Origin: a virus
Strand: one strand, 5' to 3'
DNA: 64,000 nucleotides
Virus record (IMG/VR): IMGVR_UViG_3300027861_000018
Location: 1-64,000 of that record
Within the stretch, counting starts at the first letter, position 1. Every line of letters starts with the position of its first letter. Shown one piece after another: positions 9,112 to 18,962 of the stretch. A program made the position numbers and the translations under genes. Under the pieces are notes generated by a model, which saw only the letters and a list, made by a program, of their open reading frames with translations, was not told the origin of the DNA and did no database searches.

Positions 9112-10461
9112 TCAGCTGGCTGCCGCAGCCTTCTTGGCGCTGGCACTCCAGCGGTTGATCGGCTTGGTCCTGTCGATGATGGCCTGGTGAGTCCAAGTGT
9201 ACTCATCATCCATCAACTCAGGGTCATTGCCGGCCACTTTCTGCAAGGTGTACTGCGTTTCCTCGCCCTCGCCTGATGCCGCTGTGATCTGAAGCACGGT
9301 GGCGATGGAGTCGCCACCCACCACGACGCACATCTGGCCCATCCGCATGGCGTGGGTGCGGCGGACGGCGGCATGGGCTTTGGCGAGCGACGCCCTGGCG
9401 CGATTGGTGCACTTGGGCGTCGTGTCAGCCGGCAAGCCGTACTCTTCACAATATTCCTTGAAGCTGAGATTCAAGGCGCGAAGGTGCGGACCGAGGTGAT
9501 CACCCACCCAGAGGTCGCCAGGGACGCGACTGACGCACGGCATCTCAATGGGACCATCCCACAGGTTGTTCTTGGGCTTGGAGCGCGTGTCTGGCTCCAC
9601 CACAGCTGTGAAGTTGAAGCTGTCGCCCTTGGCGTCCACAGCATCCCGCCACACCTGGGCGACCCGCTCTGCCTCTGCCAGCACAGCATTGTCGCCAACG
9701 AGATACCGTTGGCCGCGCTGCTCTTCGACGGTCTTGCCCTCGCTGTCGGGCTTGACCCACTCAGGTGAGGTTGCGTACACCTTGAATGTCTTGGGCTCAC
9801 GCACGCTCTTGGCCTTGCGCTCAGCGGCCGCACTGGCCTTGTCTGCCGCCTTGGCCTCTGCCTTGGCAGCCTTTGCCGCGGCCTCTTTGATGAGCAAGGG
9901 GCTGTTCTCAGGCAGGCGTGAGCGGAACACGCGCACGGCGCCGTCAGCCATCACGCTCACAGCGGCGGCTTCAAGCTCCCACTGGAACACATATGCTTTG
10001 CCGCTGTCGCTGATGCGTGAGCGCTGTGACTTGCTGTACCCCATGTCTGCCAACTTCTTGTCATCGCCACTCAGGCTTTCTGATTCTGAGTCGCCTTCAC
10101 CGGGCGCCTCCTCGGCAACCGGCTCGGGCTCGGTGGCGGCGACAGGCTCAACTGCGATGGGCGCAACAGGCTCGGGCTCGGCGGTTGCGGACGGCTCTGC
10201 GCCCAGTGCTTCAGCCACCGCTTCCACGTCCATCAAGTCAAGCGCGTCATACTTGGCCATGAGCTTGGCCAAGCGCGCGCTGCTGTTCTTCTTGCCTCGC
10301 ACCTCCGTTGGCGCTTCCAGGTGATCATCCACATCCTCATCGCTGAAGGTGTACGCACCTCCCTCCAGCGCCAGGGCGGTTGCGGTCAGGACGGCAACTC
10401 CAATGATGAATTTGGTGCCGCCGACATTGCGGCGATAGCCAACGGTCAGTGCGTCGGGCAT
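9112..10461 (-). CDS. hypothetical protein with a Ros/MucR-like segment
   Basis: HLRALNLSFKEYCEEYGLPAD...RASLAK resembles the MucR HL...TPEEYREKWGLPADYP...RS.LAK pattern; Ala/Glu/Pro linkers. Confidence 0.65.
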   Translation of the reverse strand: MPDALTVGYRRNVGGTKFIIGVAVLTATALALEGGAYTFSDEDVDDHLEAPTEVRGKKNSSARLAKLMAKYDALDLMDVEAVAEALGAEPSATAEPEPVAPIAVEPVAATEPEPVAEEAPGEGDSESESLSGDDKKLADMGYSKSQRSRISDSGKAYVFQWELEAAAVSVMADGAVRVFRSRLPENSPLLIKEAAAKAAKAEAKAADKASAAAERKAKSVREPKTFKVYATSPEWVKPDSEGKTVEEQRGQRYLVGDNAVLAEAERVAQVWRDAVDAKGDSFNFTAVVEPDTRSKPKNNLWDGPIEMPCVSRVPGDLWVGDHLGPHLRALNLSFKEYCEEYGLPADTTPKCTNRARASLAKAHAAVRRTHAMRMGQMCVVVGGDSIATVLQITAASGEGEETQYTLQKVAGNDPELMDDEYTWTHQAIIDRTKPINRWSASAKKAAAAS

Positions 10462-10511
10462 GGGTGTTCTCCAGGTAGGTTACCAGCGTGGCTGGTGAGT
10501 GATGCGCTTGA

Positions 10512-10551
10512 AGTATACTTGACAGCTGTCATGGCGTCGAACAATTTTTTT
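10512..10551 (-). promoter_or_regulatory. class A sigma70-like promoter (A-tract, TCGACG-17-TATACT) with a palindrome in the spacer
   Basis: -10 at 10512-10517, -35 at 10535-10540; TGACAGCTGTCA at 10520-10531. Confidence 0.65.
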
Positions 10552-10576
10552 GGACGCCGGGCGAAATGTCGGTTTG

Positions 10577-10993
10577 CTACTTGATCTCACAACCCAAGAT
10601 GGTGGGCCACGGGAATGTCGAACTGCCGCTGTGATCCAGCTCGACGGCCTTCACCTGCCTCACTGCCTCGCCCAGCAGAGTGGCCTCGTGATAGTGAATG
10701 CCAGTGCAGTAACCGGTGAGCGTGCTGCCGCTATCGAGGCGCAAGGCAATGCGCTGGCCGACCAGGCAGTCAATGTTGGCCGCGAGGTCAGGCAAATCAG
10801 GCACCAGAGCCAAGCCTGGTGACGCGACATTGATGGTGCGGTGGGAGCCGCTAGCCACGTGGACCAGACTCAGGTCACCCTTTTCCGTGGGAGGTTCAAC
10901 CAGTCGGTAGATGCGACGATGGGCAGGAAAGGTGGTTGTGCTGTGATCATACAGCAGCGCACCTGGCTTCAGGAGTGCTCTGGGAAGGGTCAT
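10577..10993 (-). CDS. hypothetical protein
   Basis: GGAG SD; class B motif upstream at 11018-11026. Confidence 0.65.
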   Translation of the reverse strand: MTLPRALLKPGALLYDHSTTTFPAHRRIYRLVEPPTEKGDLSLVHVASGSHRTINVASPGLALVPDLPDLAANIDCLVGQRIALRLDSGSTLTGYCTGIHYHEATLLGEAVRQVKAVELDHSGSSTFPWPTILGCEIK

Positions 10994-11020
10994 GCGATGT
11001 CTCCGATTGACTCCAGCACT

Positions 11021-12049
11021 CTACAGCGTGGAGTGTAGAATGCGGCGCGGGAAAGGGCGTTGGCCAATATCTTTGATGTCCTGATATGTGTTGGGCATCA
11101 TGAGAGTCCGCATCTTGAAGTAGTTCAATGCCTTGTGCAACTTCTTGTAGTCCACGGCACGGCGCATGAAGCGCACAGGCACGTCCCTCCGGATGACCGC
11201 TAGCTGATAGCTCACACGCGCCTGCTCAGCATTCTCTGCCACAGCCTTTGATTTGGCCGGACTCTGCCACTTCTTCCCATTGTGCTCACCGCTCAGCACC
11301 TCCCCTGACTCAGCCACAAGTACCACTTCTTCATGACCTCCATAGGCATTGAGCATCTTAGCTGCCCAGCCCGGCCCAACGCCGGGAACGCCAGGGATGT
11401 TGTCGCCGCTGTCGCCACCGAGCCCCTTCAAGTCTGCCACCAAGTCCGGTGACACCCCGTGCTTCTCTGCGACAGCTTCAACGTTGTACACCTTCTCCTT
11501 GCGCGTTTTGCCGGATGTTGGCGGCGGACTGACGCACGTGATGCCGTCATTCACCATCTGGTGGAGGTCGTGATCTGCTGTGTAAATCATGATGTCTGAT
11601 TCACCAACCTGGTGAAGGCAATGGGCCAAGGTGCCCATGACGTCATCGCCTTCGAAGCGCGGAGCCCATGCTTGGTTCCATCCAGCAACCTGGAGCATTC
11701 CCTTGAGCACCTTCTGCTGGTCATCCATTGTGTCAAGGTAGGCTCGGATGTCGTCAGGAACTGTGCTGGCTCTGCGATTGCCTTTGTAGGCAGGATACAT
11801 CTCGGTGCGGTGGCCGTAATCGCCCTTGGCTCCCGCTCCCTCCCAGCAGATGACCAAGGTGCAGCCATCGCGTCGGCCCCAATCTTGGACAACTTTGGTC
11901 GCCACTTTGATGAAGCCATAGATGCCCCCTGTTGGAACGCGATCACCGCCAGGCAGCTCGGTGCTGAGGGTGGCGAGCTTCATAGTGACACGCCAGAGGA
12001 GGTGGCGACCGTCGAGCAGAATCCACTTGAACTTGGGCTTGTCAGTCAT
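11021..12049 (-). CDS. 5'-3' exonuclease / flap endonuclease (Pol I N-terminal / T4 RNase H family)
   Basis: LLDGRHL, YPAYKGNR, FEGDDVMGTL, DHDLHQ, H3TH motif GDSGDNIPGVPGVG. Confidence 0.93.
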   Translation of the reverse strand: MTDKPKFKWILLDGRHLLWRVTMKLATLSTELPGGDRVPTGGIYGFIKVATKVVQDWGRRDGCTLVICWEGAGAKGDYGHRTEMYPAYKGNRRASTVPDDIRAYLDTMDDQQKVLKGMLQVAGWNQAWAPRFEGDDVMGTLAHCLHQVGESDIMIYTADHDLHQMVNDGITCVSPPPTSGKTRKEKVYNVEAVAEKHGVSPDLVADLKGLGGDSGDNIPGVPGVGPGWAAKMLNAYGGHEEVVLVAESGEVLSGEHNGKKWQSPAKSKAVAENAEQARVSYQLAVIRRDVPVRFMRRAVDYKKLHKALNYFKMRTLMMPNTYQDIKDIGQRPFPRRILHSTL

Positions 12050-12285
12050 CGATCGCTCTGTGAAGGGACTGGGGTGGTCAGGCAAGCCAATGGCTGGTGG
12101 TAGTTGCAAGCGGCCGACACGCAAAAAACAGAGATTGCTTCTGGCCTATAGTAGAGGAGCTCACCTGATGCGTGAACGACATGCGGCGAACCATCTGGGC
12201 GGATGGCTCCAGAGGTCATCATTGCGCCAGCGACTGGGCCATCGCATATCGGACACTTGGGATAATCAATCCGTGACGCAGACAT
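12046..12285 (-). CDS. small Zn-ribbon hypothetical protein
   Basis: CPIC...C.SAACNY; ATGA coupling; GGAGG SD. Confidence 0.6.
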   Translation of the reverse strand: MSASRIDYPKCPICDGPVAGAMMTSGAIRPDGSPHVVHASGELLYYRPEAISVFCVSAACNYHQPLACLTTPVPSQSDR

Positions 12286-12300
12286 CTTCCCCTCCTGCCC

Positions 12301-13050
12301 CTACTCTACAGAAACATAGGGGGCGTGGTCCTCAACAACACCTGGCTCGGCAATCCATTCACGACCCAATACATTGACTGGCTGCGCCTTTGTGGCGCGC
12401 ATGAACACCGTCCACTCACGTCCATACAGATGCGATGGGCGCATGAGAGCGTGGCGCAGCTTCCATTCGACCATAGCCAAGCGCGCAAGCACATATGCGT
12501 CACACAGGTCGCCCTCGGTCTGGCGCTTGCCGGCACCGGTGCAGAAGAGGTACAGCCCAGGGTGCCAGCGCTCCTCCACGGCGTCCATCACGCGCTCTTT
12601 GGGAGCGTTGCCATTCCGAGCCGCAAACATCTTGACGCTGATGTTGTCATGGAGTCGGAATGGGATGTGCGACTCCAGCATGTCGCGCTTGACTGCGCCC
12701 GCCACCTCGCCAATCTGGTACTCCCGTCCCTCAGCGCCCCACGCAAAGTCTTCAAGCGCCAAGCGATGGGGATTATGCCGGTGAAGCGCATCAGCGACAT
12801 CGCCGGACACAAATTGAAGCCGCATCACATCCTTGTATCCGTTATCTGGATTCACCTTCGACGTGGGGTGTCTGTACGTCGTCGAGGTGAACCGGTCGTC
12901 TGCCTTGGCGAGGTCAGCCCCCTTCTTGGTGCCCACCATGTAGTGACCGGCAACCAGCTCACCAAGCCCGTTGACGGTGATCAGCCCATAGTGGTTTGGA
13001 GAAAGGTCAAGGCCGCTAAAGCGCATCTTGCGCAACTCATCATTGTTCAT
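12301..13050 (-). CDS. RuvC-like Holliday junction resolvase
   Basis: GLDLSPNHYG, LALEDFAW, VKMFAARNGNAPKERV, DLCDAYVLA. Confidence 0.8.
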   Translation of the reverse strand: MNNDELRKMRFSGLDLSPNHYGLITVNGLGELVAGHYMVGTKKGADLAKADDRFTSTTYRHPTSKVNPDNGYKDVMRLQFVSGDVADALHRHNPHRLALEDFAWGAEGREYQIGEVAGAVKRDMLESHIPFRLHDNISVKMFAARNGNAPKERVMDAVEERWHPGLYLFCTGAGKRQTEGDLCDAYVLARLAMVEWKLRHALMRPSHLYGREWTVFMRATKAQPVNVLGREWIAEPGVVEDHAPYVSVE

Positions 13051-13197
13051 GCTTGCCTCGAAGAATTGGCTGCTCACTCGGTCATCCCCACCAAGGTTGC
13101 CGCGGCGAAATCTTTTCAACCGCATCGCATTCAGGAGTCGACAGGGGCGTGGCGCTGAAGAGCAAATCGCTGCAACTATTGCGATGGCGACTAGGGG

Positions 13198-13377
13198 TCA
13201 CCATCTGCTCAACCCGGCACTCCAGGCATCGTTCGCAGTAGAACACGCGACAGCATACAGCACGCTGCCATCGCGCCATTCATAGCAGATGTTTGATCCC
13301 TTACTCATCCGGCCAGCATAGTGGAATTGCTCCACCATGCGCTTAGCGTCGCCATAATCGCAAGCGTCAAAGTTCAC
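13198..13377 (-). pseudogene. possible truncated Mom-like (GNAT) DNA-modification gene fragment
   Basis: GTGA-coupled to sbcC; AKRMVEQFHYAGRM...WRDGSVLYAVAC resembles the N-terminus of Mom-family proteins; stops after 59 aa. Confidence 0.4.
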
Positions 13378-15404
13378 TCTGTTTCCAATGTGGCGGCGCC
13401 ACCGGCCTTGGTCACTGTCCACACCGTCTCAAAGCGCTCTTTGATGGTGTCGTCATGACTGATCACGATGATGGTTGATCTGTGCTCGCGCAGGTGCTCC
13501 AAGAGCTCAAACACTCGACGCTTGCCCTCACTGTCAAGGCCATCCATGACCTCATCAATCAACAGAATATCAAGCGATGCGCCTTCGCGAGTTGCCACCA
13601 AGTCCATGAGAGCGAGGTCGATGGCGATTGATATTTTGGACTCCTGTGCCCCGCTAGGTCGCACTCCGTTGTGCCCCTCGATGCGGACATTGATGTCAAT
13701 CTCATCCCTCTTGCCGCCTGCCTTGAGCTCGCGTTGCGGCTGGATGTCCACCTGAATGTCGCCGTCGCTGAGCACATGGAGGTAACGGTTGGCTGACTCC
13801 GTCACAATTGGCAACACAGCGTCAAGCGCCATGGATGGCAAGCCCTTGTTGCTGAAGCCGCGCTCCCAAAACCGTAGTGGAACCATCTCAGCACCGATGG
13901 CAGCAACCTCAGCTTCGTGGCGCTTGGTGACGCCTAGCGCCTCCTCTGCAGCCTTCTCCGCACGAGCCAGGGCCTTGGTGTGGGGATTGATCTCACCCTC
14001 TAGACGCTGCACCTCTCCTTGCGCGACGGCTAGCGCGCCGTCTAGCTCTGCCAAATCAGCCTTGGCTTTTCGTGCGACAACGAGCAGTCTGCGAACCTTA
14101 GCCAGCTTGGGCTTGAAGGCATCAATGCGCTCCATCTCCGTGGTGAATTGCTCGCCAGCTGCGTCGTGCTGCTTCAGAGCCTCCCATGCCTTTGCCAAGC
14201 GGTCGCTGACAGAGGCGTGATCGGCATCAAGAGCCTCTTCTGCCTCATCGTGCTCTTGCGCCTTCTCCAGATGAAGTTGGGCGAGGTCGTCATGGGTCTT
14301 GGCTTTGGCTTCCAGGTGCACCAAGTGCTCTTGAGTGTGGCTGCTATCAGCAGTTGGCGTTCTGCACGTGGGACAGACAGACAAATCCTTCAGATTGCAA
14401 GCTTCATCACGGATTGCTTCCGCTGCGGCTTTGCTGCGATCAGCGTCGCGGCGCGCTTCAGCGGCGTCACGCCTAGCGTCACGGGCCAGAGACTTCAGCC
14501 GACTTTCCGTGGCTGTCATCTCTGTTATGCGTCCCTCCAGAGGGATTGCTTTGGCTGCGTGCGCCCGTAGCTCTTGCTCTACGCTTGAGCGCCCATCGAT
14601 GACCTTTTGGGCCTTGGCCTCTAGGGCTTCCCACTTCTTGACCTTGTCGGCCTGCTCCTCCAGCGGCTTGCGACCTGCCTCAACGTCATCGCGGCGCGCT
14701 TGTGCCGCAGCCAAGGCTGTATCGTGATTGCCCCGCCAAGCTCCGTGCTCCTCCTGCGCATCACAGAGGTCTGCTTGGGCGCGACTATGGGTCACGCGAC
14801 TCGCTGTCAGGAAAGTGGATGCCTCGTGCTCCCTCTCGCGGCACTCCTTGAGTTCAGCTCTGACGCGCTTGAGCGCGCGGTCCAGGCTTGTCAGGTTGAG
14901 CGCGCGCTTCATCACCTTCTTGCGATCAGCATCAGTGACGTGCGGGCTGGCGAACCGCTTGAAATCCCCCTGGCCGTACATGACTGTGTTCCTGAAGCTG
15001 TCGAAGTCCAGCCCCAGCAACTCCTCAATGCGGTCCTGGGTATTCTGACGCGTGCGCCCAGTCTCTGGGACATCATCAACGAACAACTCCAGCACTTGGC
15101 TGGCTCGTTTTTGGATCCGACGCACCTTGTAATGGGTGCCGGCCTCGCGCCAGTCCAGCGATGCCACAGCCTTCTTTGCGCCACGGCGGATGATGTCAGT
15201 GGGCCGCTCCTCGCCCACCAGCTTGCCGAACAGCGTCCATCCGAATCCGTGCAGCACAGTTGTCTTGCCGGAGCCATTGGAATCTGCCGCCAGCGTGTCC
15301 TCATTGACTGCCCGGATGAGCACCAATCCCTGCTCCTCCAGAGGAACGGTTGCGTGCTTGAGGACCCTGAAGTCATCCACGATGAGGGTGCCAAAAGTGA
15401 TCAT
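13374..15404 (-). CDS. sbcC: SbcC/Rad50 (T4 gp46-like) SMC ATPase
   Basis: Walker A NGSGKTT, coiled coils, zinc hook CPTC, signature PSGAQ, Walker B LLIDEVMDGLD, ISH. Confidence 0.93.
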   Translation of the reverse strand: MITFGTLIVDDFRVLKHATVPLEEQGLVLIRAVNEDTLAADSNGSGKTTVLHGFGWTLFGKLVGEERPTDIIRRGAKKAVASLDWREAGTHYKVRRIQKRASQVLELFVDDVPETGRTRQNTQDRIEELLGLDFDSFRNTVMYGQGDFKRFASPHVTDADRKKVMKRALNLTSLDRALKRVRAELKECREREHEASTFLTASRVTHSRAQADLCDAQEEHGAWRGNHDTALAAAQARRDDVEAGRKPLEEQADKVKKWEALEAKAQKVIDGRSSVEQELRAHAAKAIPLEGRITEMTATESRLKSLARDARRDAAEARRDADRSKAAAEAIRDEACNLKDLSVCPTCRTPTADSSHTQEHLVHLEAKAKTHDDLAQLHLEKAQEHDEAEEALDADHASVSDRLAKAWEALKQHDAAGEQFTTEMERIDAFKPKLAKVRRLLVVARKAKADLAELDGALAVAQGEVQRLEGEINPHTKALARAEKAAEEALGVTKRHEAEVAAIGAEMVPLRFWERGFSNKGLPSMALDAVLPIVTESANRYLHVLSDGDIQVDIQPQRELKAGGKRDEIDINVRIEGHNGVRPSGAQESKISIAIDLALMDLVATREGASLDILLIDEVMDGLDSEGKRRVFELLEHLREHRSTIIVISHDDTIKERFETVWTVTKAGGAATLETE

Positions 15405-16531
15405 GTGCGCGCCTCGCCCAACAGGCGCTTGCCCAACTCTGCGAGGGCATGATGGTCCGTGCCTGCCGGGGCTAGCTCACGAGCATACGCGCCCATCGCC
15501 TCATCCAGGTCAAACGTTTTCTTGGTGAGCTTGAGGCGGGCCCTCGTCACCCGCTCAGGGCGCTCATCCACCTTGATACGACGGAGATTGTACTTGTCAA
15601 GCTCTCCACGCCACTTGCCCAAGAGCTTGCGACTGGCCTCAATCGCAAGCGCATCGCCAGTCATGATGAATCGCAGATAACGCACGCCCTCTCCCACCAC
15701 CTCACTCAGGTCGTCCACATAGTCATCCAGATGCTCGCCTGCCGCAAGCTCCACATTGACAGTGTCAAACAGAGGATAATCAGGGGTGACCAGTTGCGGA
15801 TCAATGACTTTGGCCGCGAGGTCGACATCCCAAAAGCCGCGGGCCGTGATGCCGCCCTCACTGAACTTCAGATGGAGGGGTGAGCCGAGGTACATGCCCC
15901 ATTCATGGACTTGGGGCTTGTGGTAATGGCCGCTGAATGCATACTCAAACCCAGCCAGTGCAGAGCCGTCCAAGCCTCCATCACTCACCCAGCCTGCGTC
16001 ACCGACCGCACCCAACATGGTCTGGTGAAGGAAGAGCACGTCACGGTCTGTGGCGGAGCACCCCCTGGCCCGCTTCCTGATGCGCCGGCGTGCTCGCGCT
16101 TCTGGCAGCCACGGCACAGCGTGAAGGCGCAATCCTTCAGTCAGCTCAATTGACTCGTGTCCAAATACATGGATGTTGGGCAAGTCCAGCTCATTGTACA
16201 GTTGAAGGTTGTACAGCCGGCCGTCGCGATCAACAGCATCATGATTGCCGGGCAGGATGTAAGTCTTGATGCCCTCGGTGGCGGCGCGTTGTAACACCCG
16301 ACAGACCGCCACGATTGTGGCGCCGTCAGGGCGCTGAATGTCGAACAGGTCGCCAAGGATGGCCATGGAGGGGATGTTGTTCTCCAGGCAGTGGGTGATG
16401 GCCTGGTCGATGACGCTGATCACATCCCTCAAGCGATCAGATGACACCCCGCCGCTGTCCACCTTGGCCATGCCAAGACGGATGTTTGCGTGGAGGTCGC
16501 TGACAAGGACTATGCGTGACGGATTAGACAT
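15401..16531 (-). CDS. sbcD: SbcD/Mre11 (gp47-like) metallophosphoesterase nuclease
   Basis: SDLH, GDLFD, PGNHD, SGHYH, YLGSP; coupled to sbcC. Confidence 0.92.
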   Translation of the reverse strand: MSNPSRIVLVSDLHANIRLGMAKVDSGGVSSDRLRDVISVIDQAITHCLENNIPSMAILGDLFDIQRPDGATIVAVCRVLQRAATEGIKTYILPGNHDAVDRDGRLYNLQLYNELDLPNIHVFGHESIELTEGLRLHAVPWLPEARARRRIRKRARGCSATDRDVLFLHQTMLGAVGDAGWVSDGGLDGSALAGFEYAFSGHYHKPQVHEWGMYLGSPLHLKFSEGGITARGFWDVDLAAKVIDPQLVTPDYPLFDTVNVELAAGEHLDDYVDDLSEVVGEGVRYLRFIMTGDALAIEASRKLLGKWRGELDKYNLRRIKVDERPERVTRARLKLTKKTFDLDEAMGAYARELAPAGTDHHALAELGKRLLGEART

Positions 16532-16670
16532 GACAGACCCCTACAGCGGAAGAAAGGCGATGGGCATCCGCTTACAGGCGGACGTTCAGTGGGGCGCCAG
16601 ATTGGCCATGACCCAGGACCGGCTTGCCGACCTATCTGACTACCTCGCGAAGCAATCAGAATCCCATCGC

Positions 16671-17702
16671 TCAAACCTTCCACTCTGTAGCCTCATAGTA
16701 TCCTCTAATGGCGACCTCAATGGCGTCGTGGTCACCCTGGCGCTGCTCGGCAAGGTCGCGCAAGCCAGACCAAGACTTGATCTTGGACTTTTCAGGAGGC
16801 TTGGTCCAGCTGCCCCCCATTTTGGCCCATCCGCACTTTGCGGCCACGCCGTGAAGCCCGTGGGCCCGGTCAATGCCCTCGCCAAACTCAATGCGAAGCT
16901 CGCTCTTGCGATGGGGCGGCGCCACCTGATTCTTGTGGACATACACGTGAGTGCCGACGCCAATGGAGCTGCCGTCATCCTTGACGAGCTTGCCGCGACC
17001 CAGATTCACAATGACAGCGCTGTAGAATCGTGGAGCCTTGCCGCACGACGTTGAGGTGTTGTCGCCAAACGTGACCCCAATCTTTTCACGCAACTGACTG
17101 ACGAGCATCAAGCAACATGCCTCGGCGCTGATGTGCTGATTGATTTTGCGCAACCCCTTGGACATTGCGCGCGCCTGGCCGCCAGGCTGCTTGTCGTCGA
17201 AGCCCTGCTCAAGCTCATAGCGATCAGGCAGGGCGCTGATGGAGTCATACACCACGAGCACAGGGACCAGCTTGCCGCCAGAAGCGAGGCGCCTGCGCTT
17301 CACCACTTCCAGGACTCGGGCAAGCATCTCCATCGCGTCTTCAATGCACTTGGGCTGCATCAGCAGCAACCGGTCGCAGTCCACGCCCAACATGGCGGCA
17401 TAGCTCATATCCAGTTTGTATTCAGCGTCAAGATACACCGCCGTGCCGCCCATCGCCTGAACGGCGGCACACGCCTGGATTGCCAGGGTGGTCTTGCCCG
17501 TGCCCTCATCGCCACCGACCAAGCAGATACGAGACAGAGGCCAGCCGCCTCGGCCCAGAGCCCAATCCATCCAGGGGCTTCCTGTCGGTATGACTCCAGG
17601 GATGTGAATGCTCAGGCCGCCATCAGACAAGCTGAGCGCCGTTCCAGCGCCAAGTGCCTTGTTGACGTCCTTCATGATGTCTTCTTCAAGCGTCCCAGCC
17701 AT
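16671..17702 (-). CDS. recA: RecA recombinase
   Basis: IPTGS..D.ALG.GGWP, GDEGTGKTT, YLDAE, ARAMSKGLRK, SQLREKIGVTFG, KNQVAPP. Confidence 0.96.
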   Translation of the reverse strand: MAGTLEEDIMKDVNKALGAGTALSLSDGGLSIHIPGVIPTGSPWMDWALGRGGWPLSRICLVGGDEGTGKTTLAIQACAAVQAMGGTAVYLDAEYKLDMSYAAMLGVDCDRLLLMQPKCIEDAMEMLARVLEVVKRRRLASGGKLVPVLVVYDSISALPDRYELEQGFDDKQPGGQARAMSKGLRKINQHISAEACCLMLVSQLREKIGVTFGDNTSTSCGKAPRFYSAVIVNLGRGKLVKDDGSSIGVGTHVYVHKNQVAPPHRKSELRIEFGEGIDRAHGLHGVAAKCGWAKMGGSWTKPPEKSKIKSWSGLRDLAEQRQGDHDAIEVAIRGYYEATEWKV

Positions 17703-17776
17703 TCAGCAACTCCTGCTGCCGCCAAAGCCCCGCTGGGCGAACCATGCGGGGCAGGACTGGGCGGGACTGGGCTGGG

Positions 17777-18868
17777 CTAGTCTGCTGCTTCGGCTAGCTC
17801 GCGCTCAAGAGCGTCCAGCTCTTCATCGTCGTCATCATCCATCATGGCGGCACGGCTGGACTTCTTCTTGGATGCCGCCGCCTTCTTGCCCTTCTTGCCC
17901 TTCTTGGCGGGCTCGGGGGCTTCCTCCTCTTCCTCATAGCCCTTGTCCCCAGGCTTGAGTGCGTGATTGGGGCCCAGTTCTTCCTTGCACTTGGGGGCGC
18001 AAAGGCCGCGGAAGGGGCATTTGCCGCAGTCCTCGTCATCGTCAGGCTCATAGTCCTGACCAAAGCAGCTGGGAGGCTCCTCCACGGACTCTTCACCTGC
18101 TTCTTCTTCAACGCCGGCCAACAGACGCTCGACGCCTGGCGCATCCATCACCATCTCGCCAATCATCTTGTAGAAGTCGCCGGTGCCGCCTTCTGCCAGC
18201 GCCTCGCGACAAGACGCCTTCTGCGACTTGTTGAGACGCACCGGCTCACGGATGGATGCGCTGTCTGCGGCGACCTTGTATCTGGTTGCCATGAGCGCGC
18301 CAGTCTTTGTCACCCGAACCAAGATGGCCTTGCGCGGGTCGGTGATGTCGCCCTCTTCAAAGAAGACCTCCAAAACACCTTCCCACACCATCTTGCCGCA
18401 CAGCATGGGCAAGACCTTGTCTGCGGGCAACTCCTCCCAATCATCCGTCTTGGTCTTGCGGTGCCTGATTGGAATGACATTGAACAAAAAGCGATTGTTG
18501 CGCTTGATGTCTTCTCGCGCCTTCTCGTCGCCAGCGGCATCAAGCCGTTCCCACTCCTTGCTGATGGGGCAGACCGTGCTGGCATCTGGCACCTCGAAGC
18601 CATCGCGCGCTTCCATGACGGCCGTGACACGCGGGTCGGCTAGGATTTTGTTGACCCGCGTGTCCAGCGATGGCAGCATGCGATTCTTGGGGCCGATGCC
18701 ATAGTGGACAACCAGCTGGGCGTAGGGCAACTCATCATCGTCACGACACGGCGGACAGATGTACAGAAGCGTTTCGCCGGCCTGGATGTTGAACCAGTCT
18801 GTGCCTCGCTTGGCAGCGGCGTCACGCTCCTCTTTGTCTTTGCGCATTGCGCCGACATTGACAGCCAT
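17777..18868 (-). CDS. ssDNA-binding protein (T4 gp32-like) with C-terminal Cys cluster and acidic tail
   Basis: Next to recA; VHYG, CPI, RFLFNV, DITDP..G...V.KTG..TRY pattern; DDDDDEEL tail. Confidence 0.75.
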   Translation of the reverse strand: MAVNVGAMRKDKEERDAAAKRGTDWFNIQAGETLLYICPPCRDDDELPYAQLVVHYGIGPKNRMLPSLDTRVNKILADPRVTAVMEARDGFEVPDASTVCPISKEWERLDAAGDEKAREDIKRNNRFLFNVIPIRHRKTKTDDWEELPADKVLPMLCGKMVWEGVLEVFFEEGDITDPRKAILVRVTKTGALMATRYKVAADSASIREPVRLNKSQKASCREALAEGGTGDFYKMIGEMVMDAPGVERLLAGVEEEAGEESVEEPPSCFGQDYEPDDDEDCGKCPFRGLCAPKCKEELGPNHALKPGDKGYEEEEEAPEPAKKGKKGKKAAASKKKSSRAAMMDDDDDEELDALERELAEAAD

Positions 18869-18908
18869 AACAGTATCTCCATTTCTTTGAGGGACGGGAA
18901 ATGCCAGA

Positions 18909-18962
18909 GAGTCTGAACGCGGGGCACGAGCGAGAGACCAGAGACCACCCGCGTTCAGACTC
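18909..18962. repeat. 15-bp perfect inverted repeat in the SSB leader
   Basis: GAGTCTGAACGCGGG (18909-18923) and CCCGCGTTCAGACTC (18948-18962). Confidence 0.9.

Noticed and set aside
16338-17054. Plus-strand ORF with an AGAAAGG-ATG inside the recA-sbcD gap
   Set aside because: It would run antisense through recA, SD spacing is too short, and no other plus-strand gene exists in the window
17750-17778. CTGGG short repeats after the SSB gene
   Set aside because: Short, degenerate and GC-rich; no spacers, so not CRISPR-like
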